DNA of 64,000 bases, from assembly GCA_028707125.1 (NCBI GenBank), contig JAQTUX010000001.1:1194438-1258437 (forward strand). Reading direction: 5' to 3'. Shown here piece by piece: positions 42,234 through 51,459 of this stretch. Below the pieces are notes generated by a model. The model did no database searches. It had not been told where the DNA came from and was given only the letters and a program-made list of their open reading frames with translations. This DNA is from Candidatus Omnitrophota bacterium. Its GTDB lineage: Bacteria > Omnitrophota > Gorgyraeia > Gygaellales > JAQTUX01. Made by a program: the position numbers and the translations under genes. Positions within the stretch are counted from its first letter, which is position 1. Each line of letters opens with the position of its first letter.

Positions 42234-42760
42234 TATATCTTCTCTACCTGCCAGTATTCCAATTCAACAGGGGTTGCCCTGCCGAATATCATCACGTTGA
42301 CCTTGAGCTTGCCCTTATCGGGGTGGACCTCGTCTATCGTTCCGTTGAAATTCACGAACGGCCCGTCTGTCACCCTGACCTGCTCGCCTTTCTCAAAAAC
42401 GATCTTGGGGCTCGGTTTTACCTGCGTGTCCTGCGAGCGCTTCAGGATACCCTCTACCTCTGCCTCGGGCAGGGCCGAGGGTTTCTTGCCCAGGCCGATA
42501 AAGCCGGTGACTCCCGGGGTCGTCTTGAACAAAAAATACGTATCGTCGTTGAGTTCCATCTCAACAAGTATGTAACCGGGAAAAAATTTACGCTCTGATA
42601 TCCTGCGCTTTCCGCTTCTTATCTCGGAGACCTTCTCAGTAGGTATAAGTATCTGGCTCACAAGTTCAGACATCCCCGCGCCGGCTATCCTGCCCTCCAG
42701 GCTCGCCTTGACCTTATCTTCCGTGCCCGTCTGCGTATGCACAACATACCATTTCTTCAT
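42233..42760 (-). CDS. nusG: Transcription termination/antitermination factor NusG
   Basis: 175 aa; NGN domain plus KOW ([21 protein letters not shown]). Confidence 0.9.
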   Translation of the reverse strand: MKKWYVVHTQTGTEDKVKASLEGRIAGAGMSELVSQILIPTEKVSEIRSGKRRISERKFFPGYILVEMELNDDTYFLFKTTPGVTGFIGLGKKPSALPEAEVEGILKRSQDTQVKPSPKIVFEKGEQVRVTDGPFVNFNGTIDEVHPDKGKLKVNVMIFGRATPVELEYWQVEKI

Positions 42761-42942
42761 CTGATCACCAGGCTTAAGAATTTGGAAAGGAGCAGATCTA
42801 TTATTCCTATATAAAATGCCAGCATAAACGTGCTGGTTATGACTACGGCTGTGGCGCCCATTAATTCCCGCCTGCTTGACCAGGACACCTTTGACAGTTC
42901 CTGTTTTACTTCAATAATAAATTTCTTTGTTTTAGCTATCAT
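42757..42942 (-). CDS. secE: Preprotein translocase subunit SecE
   Basis: 61 aa, single C-terminal TM helix; conserved position between tRNA-Trp and nusG. Confidence 0.75.
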   Translation of the reverse strand: MIAKTKKFIIEVKQELSKVSWSSRRELMGATAVVITSTFMLAFYIGIIDLLLSKFLSLVIR

Positions 42943-42973
42943 CTATTCGGTTCAAACCCCTCGTATCGGCATA

Positions 42974-43047
42974 CAGGCCAGGAGGGATTCGAACCCCCAA
43001 CCAACGGTTTTGGAGACCGCCGCTCTGCCAATTAGAGCTACTGGCCT
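42974..43047 (-). tRNA. trnW: tRNA-Trp (anticodon CCA)
   Basis: Hand-folded: AGGCCAG/CTGGCCT acceptor stem, anticodon loop CUCCAAA, T-loop GGTTCGAATCC; no encoded CCA 3' end. Confidence 0.85.
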
Positions 43048-43087
43048 AAATGGAACACCCGCGGGCAAGCCAGTGCTACCTAGAATA

Positions 43088-43120
43088 GATCCTTGACATT
43101 GTAATGCAATGTCAAGGATC
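43088..43120. repeat. 33-bp perfect palindrome GATCCTTGACATTG-TAATG-CAATGTCAAGGATC (14-bp arms, 5-nt spacer)
   Basis: Read directly; lies in the 269-nt rpmG/tRNA-Trp spacer. It is nested just outside an 11-bp long-range inverted repeat TCATCCCCCTG (43119-43129) / CAGGGGGATGA (43231-43241). Confidence 0.75.
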
Positions 43121-43316
43121 ATCCCCCTGATTAATTGTAGACCTTGCCCATATAGTGACATCCCCCGAAGCAATTTCTTCTTGGTATTCTTCAATATATT
43201 CATAAGCAAGGTTGGTTGCGCAGGGGGATGACAGAAGATAAAAAAACTCCCCCTCTTCCTTATTTTCACAAACAAAAGGTTAAAAAAGTGGATTATTTTA
43301 TTGTATTATAAAAATT

Positions 43317-43466
43317 CTATTTTATTTCTTTATGCGCCGTGTATCTCCGGCAAGACCTGCAGAACTTATTCAACTGCAATCTATCCGCGTGCAATTTCTT
43401 ATTCTTGGTGGTTGTGTAGTTCTTCCGTCGGCAATCGCCGCATTCCAAGGTAATTATCTCGCGCAT
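43317..43466 (-). CDS. rpmG: 50S ribosomal protein L33 (zinc-ribbon type)
   Basis: The 104-aa track ORF is reinterpreted: only the C-terminal 49 aa (MREIITLECGDCRRKNYTTTKNKKLHADRLQLNKFCRSCRRYTAHKEIK) is L33. The N-terminal part overlaps tRNA-Thr. Confidence 0.8.
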   Translation of the reverse strand: MREIITLECGDCRRKNYTTTKNKKLHADRLQLNKFCRSCRRYTAHKEIK

Positions 43467-43486
43467 TTTATTTCCTTCAAAACTTA

Positions 43487-43559
43487 AGCCCCCGATCGGA
43501 ATTGAACCGATGACCCCGTCCTTACCAAGGACGTGCTCTGCCGACTGAGCTACGAGGGC
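43487..43559 (-). tRNA. trnT: tRNA-Thr (anticodon GGU)
   Basis: Hand-folded: GCCCTCG acceptor, D-arm AGCTCAGTCGGCAGAGC, anticodon loop CUUGGUAAG, T-arm GGTTCAATTCC. Confidence 0.85.
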
Positions 43560-43580
43560 AGAGTTTACAACAGAGAAGCA

Positions 43581-43609
43581 ATTATATGAAATTAAAGGGG
43601 TTTTGTCAA
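43581..43609 (-). promoter_or_regulatory. Consensus sigma70 promoter (-35 TTGACA, 17-nt spacer, -10 TATAAT, upstream A-tract UP-like element) driving tRNA-Thr/rpmG and probably the downstream secE-nusG-rplKAJL-rpoBC block
   Basis: Minus-sense: aaaaaaaccTTGACAaaacccctttaatttcaTATAATtgcttctctg, about 20 nt upstream of the mature tRNA-Thr 5' end. Located inside the last codons of coaX and its 3' flank. Confidence 0.65.
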
Positions 43610-44362
43610 GGTTTTTTTGTGATTTTTGCAATAAATCAACCTGAGGCCCTTGAGGACTAGATCCTTATCTACGATATCTATAACTGAAGTATGTGGAGAA
43701 ACCAGGCCTATTCCGCCTCCTGTGCCTATGACCCTGCAGGCAGAGCCTGATCTTTGCTTTATTTTCTTTATAAGAGTATCCGTCATTCCGGAAAGGCCGA
43801 AGATCACTCCGCTTAATATGCTTTCTTTCGTATCTCTGCCTATAAGCGCCTTCGGCTTTGACGGCTTGACCTCAGGCAGAAGCGCGGTCATCTTGTGCAG
43901 GGCGGAAAGCGATATCTCTATGCCCGGCGCGATCGCGCCTCCCAGGTATGAGCCGCTTTTAGATACGGCATCAATAGTAACTGCCGTGCCGAAGTCAACG
44001 ATGATAACCGGCGCGCCGTAGATCTCTGACGCCGCGTAAGCCCCTACGAGGCGGTCCTGGCCGACCTGCGCCGGGTTTTTGTATAAGTTCTTAATAGGCA
44101 CGCGTATATCCCTGCCTGCGATAAAGATCCTCGCGCCGGGAAATAAACGCCTCAACGCCCGGCTGACAATTATGGTAGTCGCGGGCACTACGCTACAAAT
44201 AACTATGGCCTCCGGAACAACGCTTCTAAACCCCCGCTTTATGGCGCGGGAATACGACGCGCCGCTGCCGGAAGCGGCAAAGCGCATCCGCCTCTTCAGC
44301 TTACCACCGGCAAATATACCTATATTAATATTAGTGTTGCCTATGTCTATCGTCAGTAGCAA
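43592..44362 (-). CDS. coaX: Type III pantothenate kinase
   Basis: 256 aa; MLLTIDIGNTNINIGIF N-terminus typical of CoaX/Bvg accessory factor family. Confidence 0.85.
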   Translation of the reverse strand: MLLTIDIGNTNINIGIFAGGKLKRRMRFAASGSGASYSRAIKRGFRSVVPEAIVICSVVPATTIIVSRALRRLFPGARIFIAGRDIRVPIKNLYKNPAQVGQDRLVGAYAASEIYGAPVIIVDFGTAVTIDAVSKSGSYLGGAIAPGIEISLSALHKMTALLPEVKPSKPKALIGRDTKESILSGVIFGLSGMTDTLIKKIKQRSGSACRVIGTGGGIGLVSPHTSVIDIVDKDLVLKGLRLIYCKNHKKTLTKPL

Positions 44363-46358
44363 TTTTTAACTCCTTAATTTTATCGCGAAGCTGCGCCGCT
44401 TTCTCAAACTGCAGATTACGCGCGGCAAGCTCCATCTGGTACTGCAGCTCAGAAATGTATTCATAAAGGTCGTTCTGCTCCTCGGCCAATCCCGCTGAAT
44501 CCAGCACCACTGACTCTGCCTTGCACAGATCCTCTATGCCGTCTTTTACCGCCTTCTTTACGGATGCCGGGGTTATCTTGTTGCTTTTATTGTATCGTAT
44601 CTGCTTCTCTCTCCTGCGGTTGCTTTCATCTATCGCCTTGCGCATTGATTTTGTAACGCTGTCGGCGTACATTATCACCGTGCCGTTCAGGTTCCTGGCT
44701 GCCCTGCCTGATGTCTGTATCAGAGAAGTGGCTGACCTTAGGAACCCCTCCTTATCCGCGTCAAGTATCGCCACAAGCGATACCTCGGGCAGGTCCAGCC
44801 CCTCCCTTAAAAGATTTATGCCTACCAGGCAGTCAAATTTTTTCAGGCGCAGGTCCCTAAGTATCCTGCTGCGCTCTATGGTCTCTATTTCCGAATGAAG
44901 GTGCCTGACATTGATGCCTTTCTCCTGAAGGTACGATGCCAGGTCTTCGGCCATCCGCTTGGTCAAGGTAGTGACCAGCGTCCTTTCTTTACGCTCCGCG
45001 CGCGAGCGTATCTCCTTAATAAGGTCTTCTATCTGGCCTTCCGTAGGCCTTATTATTATCTGAGGATCGGGCAGGCCGGTCGGCCTGATTATCTGTTCTA
45101 CCACGCGCGAGCCGCTTTTATTCAGTTCCTTCTCTGCCGGCGTAGCCGAAACAAATACTGTCTTTCCGGTTATGGCCTCAAACTCATCGTATTTCAAGGG
45201 CCGGTTATCCAGGCAGGAAGGCAGGCGGAAGCCGTATTCAACCAGCGTATCTTTGCGCGCCTTATCGCCTTCATACATCCCCGCTATCTGCGGGAGCGTT
45301 ACGTGCGACTCATCAATGACGGTAATAAATCCCCGCGGAAAGTAATCTATGAGGCAATACGGCCTTGAGCCGGCAGGCCTGCCGCTCAGGTGCCGGGAAT
45401 AATTTTCTATGCCGTGGCAATAGCCGATCTCCTTAAGCATCTCAAGGTCATACCTGGTGCGCGACTCCAGGCGCTGCGCCTCAAGCAGCTTGCCGCGGGA
45501 CCTTAACTCCTCAAGCCGAAGGCGCAATTCTTCAAGTATGCCCTTCTCTGCCGCGGCAACGCTGTCCTCGCCTACTATAAAATGCTTGGCAGGGTAAACG
45601 GCGATGCTTGAAAGCCGGCTTATCGGCTTCGCGCTGACCGGCTCAAATTCCGTTATCCTGGCGGCAACATCCCCTTCAAACTCTATCCTTACCGCCTTAT
45701 CCTTATATGCCGGGAACACCTCCACTACGTCTCCGCGCACCCTTATCCTGCCCCTGATAAATTCATAATCATTGCGTTCATATTGTATATCTATAAAACG
45801 AAGTATGAGCTCATCGCGGTTTATGCTCTGGCCTTCATCCACCACTACCAGGCTCTCCTTATAATCCCGCGGAGAGCCCAGATTATATATGCACGACACC
45901 GAGGCGACTATGATCACGTCCTGCCTTGACATAAGCGAACAGGTCGCGGAAAGCCGCAGCCGGTCCAGCCGGTCGTTTATTGAAGAATCCTTCTCTATAT
46001 AGGTATCCGTGGCAGGCACGTATGCCTCCGGTTGATAATAATCGTAATAACTGACGAAATACTCTACGGCATTATCCGGGAACAGCTCCTTAAACTCGCT
46101 GTATAACTGCGCTGCCAGCGTCTTGTTATGCGATATCACCAGCGCCGGCTTGTTTATATTGTTTATTACCTGCGCTAAAGTAAAGGTCTTGCCGGAACCG
46201 GTTACGCCCAGGAGCGTGTGAAACCGCTCTTCGCCCCGCAATGCCAGCGTAAGCTCCTTTATGGCCTTTGGCTGGTCGCCGCGCGGCTTTAGCTTTGTCT
46301 TTATCTTGAAGGTATTCACCGAATTGTTACGATTAAATAATGTCCAGGGAAACGTCAA
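44331..46358 (-). CDS. uvrB: Excinuclease ABC subunit B
   Basis: 675 aa; GVTGSGKT Walker A, helicase motifs, C-terminal UvrB/UvrC interaction domain. Confidence 0.95.
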   Translation of the reverse strand: MTFPWTLFNRNNSVNTFKIKTKLKPRGDQPKAIKELTLALRGEERFHTLLGVTGSGKTFTLAQVINNINKPALVISHNKTLAAQLYSEFKELFPDNAVEYFVSYYDYYQPEAYVPATDTYIEKDSSINDRLDRLRLSATCSLMSRQDVIIVASVSCIYNLGSPRDYKESLVVVDEGQSINRDELILRFIDIQYERNDYEFIRGRIRVRGDVVEVFPAYKDKAVRIEFEGDVAARITEFEPVSAKPISRLSSIAVYPAKHFIVGEDSVAAAEKGILEELRLRLEELRSRGKLLEAQRLESRTRYDLEMLKEIGYCHGIENYSRHLSGRPAGSRPYCLIDYFPRGFITVIDESHVTLPQIAGMYEGDKARKDTLVEYGFRLPSCLDNRPLKYDEFEAITGKTVFVSATPAEKELNKSGSRVVEQIIRPTGLPDPQIIIRPTEGQIEDLIKEIRSRAERKERTLVTTLTKRMAEDLASYLQEKGINVRHLHSEIETIERSRILRDLRLKKFDCLVGINLLREGLDLPEVSLVAILDADKEGFLRSATSLIQTSGRAARNLNGTVIMYADSVTKSMRKAIDESNRRREKQIRYNKSNKITPASVKKAVKDGIEDLCKAESVVLDSAGLAEEQNDLYEYISELQYQMELAARNLQFEKAAQLRDKIKELKIATDDRHRQH

Positions 46359-47178
46359 GGTGCTCTACGCCGCAGGTAAGTTTGCTGCTGGATATAAAAT
46401 CCACGCCTAAGGACGCGGCCTTCCTGACCTTGCCTAAGCCGATGCCGCCTGACACCTCAAGCAGCACCCTTTTATTCTTTGCCAGGGCGACCGCCTTCTT
46501 GAGTTCGCTGAATCCCATATTATCCAGCATTATAATATCGCAGCCGGAATCAAGCGCGGCCCTGAATTCAGGTAAACTCTGCGCCTCAACCTCTATCTTC
46601 ATCCCGGGCGGGACTCTCTTCCTGATCCTCCCGACCAGATCCCTCAAACCGCGCTTATCGCCTAATGCCCTGATATGATTCTCTTTAAGCAGGACCATAT
46701 CCGACAGATTGAACCTGTGGTTCCTGCCGCCGCCGGTACGCACGGCATACTTCTCCAGCACCCTCAAGTTAGGAGAGGTCTTTCTCGTATCAAGTATCCT
46801 GGTCTTAAACGGCCTGGCCTGGCGCACGAACCGGCCGGCTTGCGAGGCAATGCCTGAAAGACGGGAGATGAAATTCAGGGCGACCCGTTCCGCGGACAAT
46901 ATATTCCGCGCCCTGCCTGATATCTCCGCGATGATATCGCCCTTTTTCACAGGCATACCGTCCTTGCGCCTCTTTTTAAACACTACAGCCCTGTCCAGCA
47001 TACGAAAGGCCAGCCCTGCCAGGTCAAGGCCGCACACTATGCCTGCCTGATTGGCCTTGATCACCGCCCTTACCTTTATATTATAGGGTATGCTAAGGCG
47101 GGAGGTAACATCTGACCGCGCGCCATCCTCTTTAAGCGCCTGCCTGACTATCCCGGCAACCGCCCTTGAAATCTTCAT
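46333..47178 (-). CDS. nadC: Nicotinate-nucleotide pyrophosphorylase (quinolinate phosphoribosyltransferase)
   Basis: 281 aa; QPRTase family motifs (ILDTRKTSPNLR, IMLDNM). Confidence 0.85.
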   Translation of the reverse strand: MKISRAVAGIVRQALKEDGARSDVTSRLSIPYNIKVRAVIKANQAGIVCGLDLAGLAFRMLDRAVVFKKRRKDGMPVKKGDIIAEISGRARNILSAERVALNFISRLSGIASQAGRFVRQARPFKTRILDTRKTSPNLRVLEKYAVRTGGGRNHRFNLSDMVLLKENHIRALGDKRGLRDLVGRIRKRVPPGMKIEVEAQSLPEFRAALDSGCDIIMLDNMGFSELKKAVALAKNKRVLLEVSGGIGLGKVRKAASLGVDFISSSKLTCGVEHLDVSLDII

Positions 47179-49880
47179 ATAGACAATTCCTTTAAGATCT
47201 TGCTGATCTTCTTCCGCGTATCAAGCAGATCCTCAAGACGGGCCTTTTCTTTCTCAATGACCTCTTTCGGCGCCTTCTTGAGGAATTCCTTATTCTTGAG
47301 GCGGCCCTGCTTATTTTTTATCTCTGCCTCAACCGAGGAAAGCCGCGAGGAGAGCCGCTGGCGTTCCTTAGCCGCGTCTATTGAGCCCGCCAACAGGACA
47401 TAAATACGCGCCTTGCCGACTATGTCGCTGATCGCCGCCCCTGCCGGCTTAAAGCTGTCTTTGATCTCAAATGACTGCAATCTCGCCAGCCCGGATATAT
47501 ATTTAGCCGAATCACTCAAAAGAGACCTTATACCCCTGTCTTCCGACACTGCCACGGCAGAAAGCCGCTGCTCAGCATCTATATTCATCTCCGACCTTAT
47601 ATTCCTTATAGAAGTTATTAATGAAAATAACAGTTTAAAGTCCGCCTCAATGCCGTGATCGATAAGGTCTTTCTGTATATGGGGCATACTCTGAGCAATT
47701 ATCGGCCCTGCTTTCTGGTGCAGGATATGCCATATCTCTTCAGTTATGAAAGGCATAAATGGATGCATCATACGCAGCGACTTCTCCAGCACCTTATACA
47801 TCACGATCTGCGTGTTTCTTTCGCTTATAGTCAGCTTGGCCATCTCCAGATACCAGTCGCAGAACTCATGCCAGAAGAATTCGTAAATGATATTGGCTGC
47901 TTCATTGAACCTGTATGAATCCAGCGCCTTATGACATGACTTGAGATTAGAATACAGCCGGCTCAAGATCCATTTTTCCGGCGGGTGTAATGCCTCCTTC
48001 TTGTAAACCTGGCATAGATCCGTATCTACCACGCTCTTGTCTATATTCATCATCACAAAGCGCGAGGCGTTCCATATCTTATTGGCAAAGTTCCTTCCGG
48101 ACTCAAATTTGTCTTTTGATAAAAATACGTCCTGGCCCATAGAGGTGAGTGAGATCAGGCTGAACCTGAGCGCGTCCGCGCCGAAAGCGTCTATGATCTC
48201 CAGAGGGTCTATTATGTTGCCCAGCGATTTTGACATCTTCTTGCCGGTTGAGTCCCGGACTGTCCCGTGTATGTAGACGTCACTGAAGGGCTTCTCTCCC
48301 ATAAATTCATATCCGGACATGATCATACGCGCCACCCAGAAGAAGATTATCTCCGATGCCGTAACCAGGACAGATGTGGGATAAAAATACTTTAAGTCCT
48401 CTTCGTTGTCAAAAGTGGCAAACGGCCAGAGCCAGGAAGAAAACCAGGTATCAAGAACATCTTCATCCTGATAAATATCCGCTCCACCGCAGACAGGGCA
48501 TTTATCAGGTTTAATCTTAGAAACAATTATGCCGTCATTTTGTTTGGGATTTTTAGTTTTGGATTTTGGATTTGTTTCGGATTTCGGATTTCGGATTTCG
48601 GATTTCCGCATCCCCTGACAGTTTTTACAATAATATACGGGGATGCGGTGCCCCCACCAGATCTGGCGCGATATGCACCAGTCACGGATATTCTCCATCC
48701 AATTAAGGTAGACCTTAGTCCATCTTTTGGGGTAGAATTTGATCTCGCCTTTTTTAACGGCCGCGATCGCCGGTTTTGCCAGCGGCTTCATCTTCACAAA
48801 CCACTGCCGCGATAAATAGGGCTCAACTATGGTGTGGCAGCGGTAACAATGGCCTACGGCGTGCTTATGCGGCTCTATCTTTTCCAGGAGTTTGCGCTCC
48901 CGCAGATCCTCTATGATCGCCTCCCTCGCCTCAAACCTGTCCATATCGCGGTATTCGCCTGCCGCTTCGTTCATCTTTCCGTCGGGACGCATAACATTTA
49001 TAAACTCAAGTTTATGCCGCGCGCCGATCTCATAGTCATTAGGGTCGTGGGCAGGCGTCACCTTGACCGCGCCTGTGCCGAATTTGATATCCACCGCCTT
49101 GTCCGCGATCACCTTTATTTCCCTCTCCACAAGCGGCAAGATCAGGCCCTTACCTATATATTGCTTGTATCTTTTATCTTTGGGATTTACTGCTACAGCC
49201 GTATCCCCCAGCATTGTCTCGGGCCGCGTTGTGGCCACAACCACAAACTCTTTGGAATCATTAAGCGGGTATTTTATGTAATACAGCAGCCCGTCCATAT
49301 CATGGTGAGGCGCCTCCTCGTCGGAAAGGGCGGTTGAACAGCGGGGGCACCAGTTGATTATATATTGCCCCCTGTATATGAGCCCCTTTTCGTAAAGCGA
49401 GATGAACGCCTTGGTAACGGCGCCGCTGTATGCCTCATCCATCGTAAAGCGCGTGCGCTCCCAGTCACAGGAACAGCCCAGCCGCTTTAACTGACGTATT
49501 ATTGTCGAGCCGTATTCTTCGCGCCACCTCCATACCTCTTCCAGGAATTTATCCCTGCCTAATTCCTGGCGCCGCCTTCCTTCTTTCGCGATCTTCTTCT
49601 CCACGACATTCTGCGTGGCAATGCCCGCGTGGTCTGTCCCGGGCATCCAAAGCGACTCCTCGCCGCGCATTCTGTGATACCTGATCAGGATATCCTGGAT
49701 CGTATTATTGAGGGCGTGGCCCATATGCAGGATGCCGGTAACGTTGGGAGGTGGTATGACTATGCTGAAGGGCTTCTTATCGGGATCGCGCCTTGCCGCG
49801 AAACATCCCTTCTCTTCCCAAAACCTGTACCACTTTTCTTCTACGTCTTTGGGGTCGTAACGGGTGGGAATTTCATTCAT
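47175..49880 (-). CDS. valS: Valyl-tRNA synthetase
   Basis: 901 aa; HMGHALNNTIQD (HIGH-type), KMSKSLGN, C-terminal coiled-coil; contains a Cys4 insertion with a low-complexity NPKS-rich loop. Confidence 0.95.
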   Translation of the reverse strand: MNEIPTRYDPKDVEEKWYRFWEEKGCFAARRDPDKKPFSIVIPPPNVTGILHMGHALNNTIQDILIRYHRMRGEESLWMPGTDHAGIATQNVVEKKIAKEGRRRQELGRDKFLEEVWRWREEYGSTIIRQLKRLGCSCDWERTRFTMDEAYSGAVTKAFISLYEKGLIYRGQYIINWCPRCSTALSDEEAPHHDMDGLLYYIKYPLNDSKEFVVVATTRPETMLGDTAVAVNPKDKRYKQYIGKGLILPLVEREIKVIADKAVDIKFGTGAVKVTPAHDPNDYEIGARHKLEFINVMRPDGKMNEAAGEYRDMDRFEAREAIIEDLRERKLLEKIEPHKHAVGHCYRCHTIVEPYLSRQWFVKMKPLAKPAIAAVKKGEIKFYPKRWTKVYLNWMENIRDWCISRQIWWGHRIPVYYCKNCQGMRKSEIRNPKSETNPKSKTKNPKQNDGIIVSKIKPDKCPVCGGADIYQDEDVLDTWFSSWLWPFATFDNEEDLKYFYPTSVLVTASEIIFFWVARMIMSGYEFMGEKPFSDVYIHGTVRDSTGKKMSKSLGNIIDPLEIIDAFGADALRFSLISLTSMGQDVFLSKDKFESGRNFANKIWNASRFVMMNIDKSVVDTDLCQVYKKEALHPPEKWILSRLYSNLKSCHKALDSYRFNEAANIIYEFFWHEFCDWYLEMAKLTISERNTQIVMYKVLEKSLRMMHPFMPFITEEIWHILHQKAGPIIAQSMPHIQKDLIDHGIEADFKLLFSLITSIRNIRSEMNIDAEQRLSAVAVSEDRGIRSLLSDSAKYISGLARLQSFEIKDSFKPAGAAISDIVGKARIYVLLAGSIDAAKERQRLSSRLSSVEAEIKNKQGRLKNKEFLKKAPKEVIEKEKARLEDLLDTRKKISKILKELSI
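48545..48604. repeat. Heptanucleotide tandem repeat (TCGGATT x4 perfect, 48577-48604, preceded by degenerate TTGGATT copies) inside the valS coding sequence
   Basis: Read directly: ...ttttggattttggatttgtttcggatttcggatttcggatttcggatttccgc. It encodes the peptide RKSEIRNPKSETNPKSKTKNPKQ in the ValS insertion. Confidence 0.8.
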
Positions 49881-51444
49881 TAACTTTATCCTTCAATAAT
49901 TTATACTCTACGCTATCTACCAGGGCCTGCCATGACGCCTCAATAATGTTTTCGGAGACGCCGATGGTGCTCCAGGAATCTTCTTCATCCTGCGATTGTA
50001 TGAGCACGCGCACCTTGGCAGCCGTCCCGACCTTCTCGTCCAGAACGCGCACCTTAAAATCTGAAAGGCGCATCTTTGAAAGCGCCGGATAAAAATCCTT
50101 AAGCGCCTTGCGCAGGGCGTTGTCAAGGGCGTTAACAGGGCCGTCGCCTTCCGCGGCGGTATGCTCCTTCGCTCCGTTCACATTTAATTTGATTATCGCT
50201 TCTGAAGTGATCTTTTTATCCGATTTTTTTTCTACCACAACGCGGAAACCTTCCAGCGTGAAAAATTCCTTATATTTCTTCAGCGCCTTTTTCATCAGCA
50301 GCTCAAAGGAGGCCTCGGCCGCCTCAAAGTGATAGCCCTTATTCTCCAGCTCCTGCACCAGCTTCAGTATCTTTTTGGTCTGCGGGTCTTCCTTGCTTAG
50401 ATCCAGCTCCAGTCCTTTGGCGCGCAATAAAATGCCGGTCCTGCCTCCCAGCTCAGACACCAGGATCCTGCGATGGTTGCCTACCAACGACGGATCTATA
50501 TGTTCATAACTCTTAGGGTTCTTCATCACGGCGTTTATATGCATGCCTCCTTTATGCGCGAAGGCGGATGAGCCGACAAATGGCTGGTCGTTTTTCTGGC
50601 GCATATTGCTGATCTCGCTGACAAAATGCGAGACCTTTGCCAGATCTTTCAGTTTCTCATCGCTGATACAATCAATGCCCAGCTTGATCTTCAGATTGGC
50701 GATGATCGGGACCAGATCCGCGTTGCCGCAGCGCTCCCCGATCCCGTTGATAGTCCCCTGAACCATATCCGCCCCCGCTTCCACGGCAGCGATGGAGTTG
50801 GCGATCGCCAGGCCGCAGTCATTGTGACAGTGGATCCCAAGCAGCGGTTTGATCCTGGGCCGCAATTCCTTGATCACCCGCGAAACTTCCGAAGTGATCG
50901 TCCCGCCGTTAGTATCGCATAACACGATCGCCTTTGCCCCTGCCTCGCAGGCAGTAAGCAGGCACTTCAAACTGTAATCCTTGTTGGAACGGCAGGCGTC
51001 AAAAAAGTGCTCCGCGTCGTAAAATACAGCCATCCCCTTTGACGACAGGAAACCCACCGTATCCCTTATGATCTCCAGGTTTTCCTCAAGGGTGATCTTC
51101 AATACATCTCCGATGTGCAGGTCCCAGGTCTTCCCGACGATAGCAACGTGTTTTACGCCGGAATCTACCAGAGACAGGATATTGGGGTCGTTTTGCGCCT
51201 TCGCGCCGGGCCTGCGGGTCATGCTGAAAGCGGTCAGGCGCGCTTTTTGCAGGGGCTCCTTTGACATTTTCAAAAAGAATTCCATATCCTTGGGGTTGGA
51301 ACCGGGCCAGCCCCCTTCCACATAATGCGCGCCCAGCATATCCAGTTCGCGCGCGATCCTTATCTTGTCCGTCACCGAAAAGGAGATACCCTCTCCCTGC
51401 GCCCCGTCCCTTAATGTCGTATCGTAAATTTCAATCGCTTTCAT
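49873..51444 (-). CDS. 2-isopropylmalate synthase / (R)-citramalate synthase family (LeuA/CimA type)
   Basis: 523 aa; YDTTLRDGAQGEGISFS, HCHNDCGLAIANS DRE-TIM metallolyase motifs, C-terminal LeuA dimerisation/regulatory domain. Confidence 0.8.
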   Translation of the reverse strand: MKAIEIYDTTLRDGAQGEGISFSVTDKIRIARELDMLGAHYVEGGWPGSNPKDMEFFLKMSKEPLQKARLTAFSMTRRPGAKAQNDPNILSLVDSGVKHVAIVGKTWDLHIGDVLKITLEENLEIIRDTVGFLSSKGMAVFYDAEHFFDACRSNKDYSLKCLLTACEAGAKAIVLCDTNGGTITSEVSRVIKELRPRIKPLLGIHCHNDCGLAIANSIAAVEAGADMVQGTINGIGERCGNADLVPIIANLKIKLGIDCISDEKLKDLAKVSHFVSEISNMRQKNDQPFVGSSAFAHKGGMHINAVMKNPKSYEHIDPSLVGNHRRILVSELGGRTGILLRAKGLELDLSKEDPQTKKILKLVQELENKGYHFEAAEASFELLMKKALKKYKEFFTLEGFRVVVEKKSDKKITSEAIIKLNVNGAKEHTAAEGDGPVNALDNALRKALKDFYPALSKMRLSDFKVRVLDEKVGTAAKVRVLIQSQDEEDSWSTIGVSENIIEASWQALVDSVEYKLLKDKVNE

Positions 51445-51459
51445 ATTATCACCTCAATA

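Noticed and set aside
42952-43275. 107-aa minus-strand ORF spanning the rpmG/tRNA-Trp spacer
   Set aside because: Its C-terminal third is read straight through tRNA-Trp and into secE. There is no SD, and the sequence is low-complexity. More likely the spacer is non-coding (structured RNA/palindromes).
43048-43316. SRP RNA (4.5S), 6S RNA or tmRNA in the long spacer
   Set aside because: No SRP domain-IV GGAA tetraloop/AGCAGG motif or tmRNA tRNA-like ends are recognisable; the size and architecture do not fit.
43467-43631. N-terminal 55 codons of the 104-aa ORF preceding rpmG
   Set aside because: They translate across tRNA-Thr. The real L33 starts at the internal ATG (43466), giving the canonical 49-aa zinc-ribbon protein.
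48545-48604. Possible CRISPR array or mobile-element terminal repeat at the TCGGATT tandem repeat
   Set aside because: The 7-nt unit has no spacers, lies in frame inside valS, and encodes a peptide loop. It is a microsatellite, not a CRISPR array or IS end.
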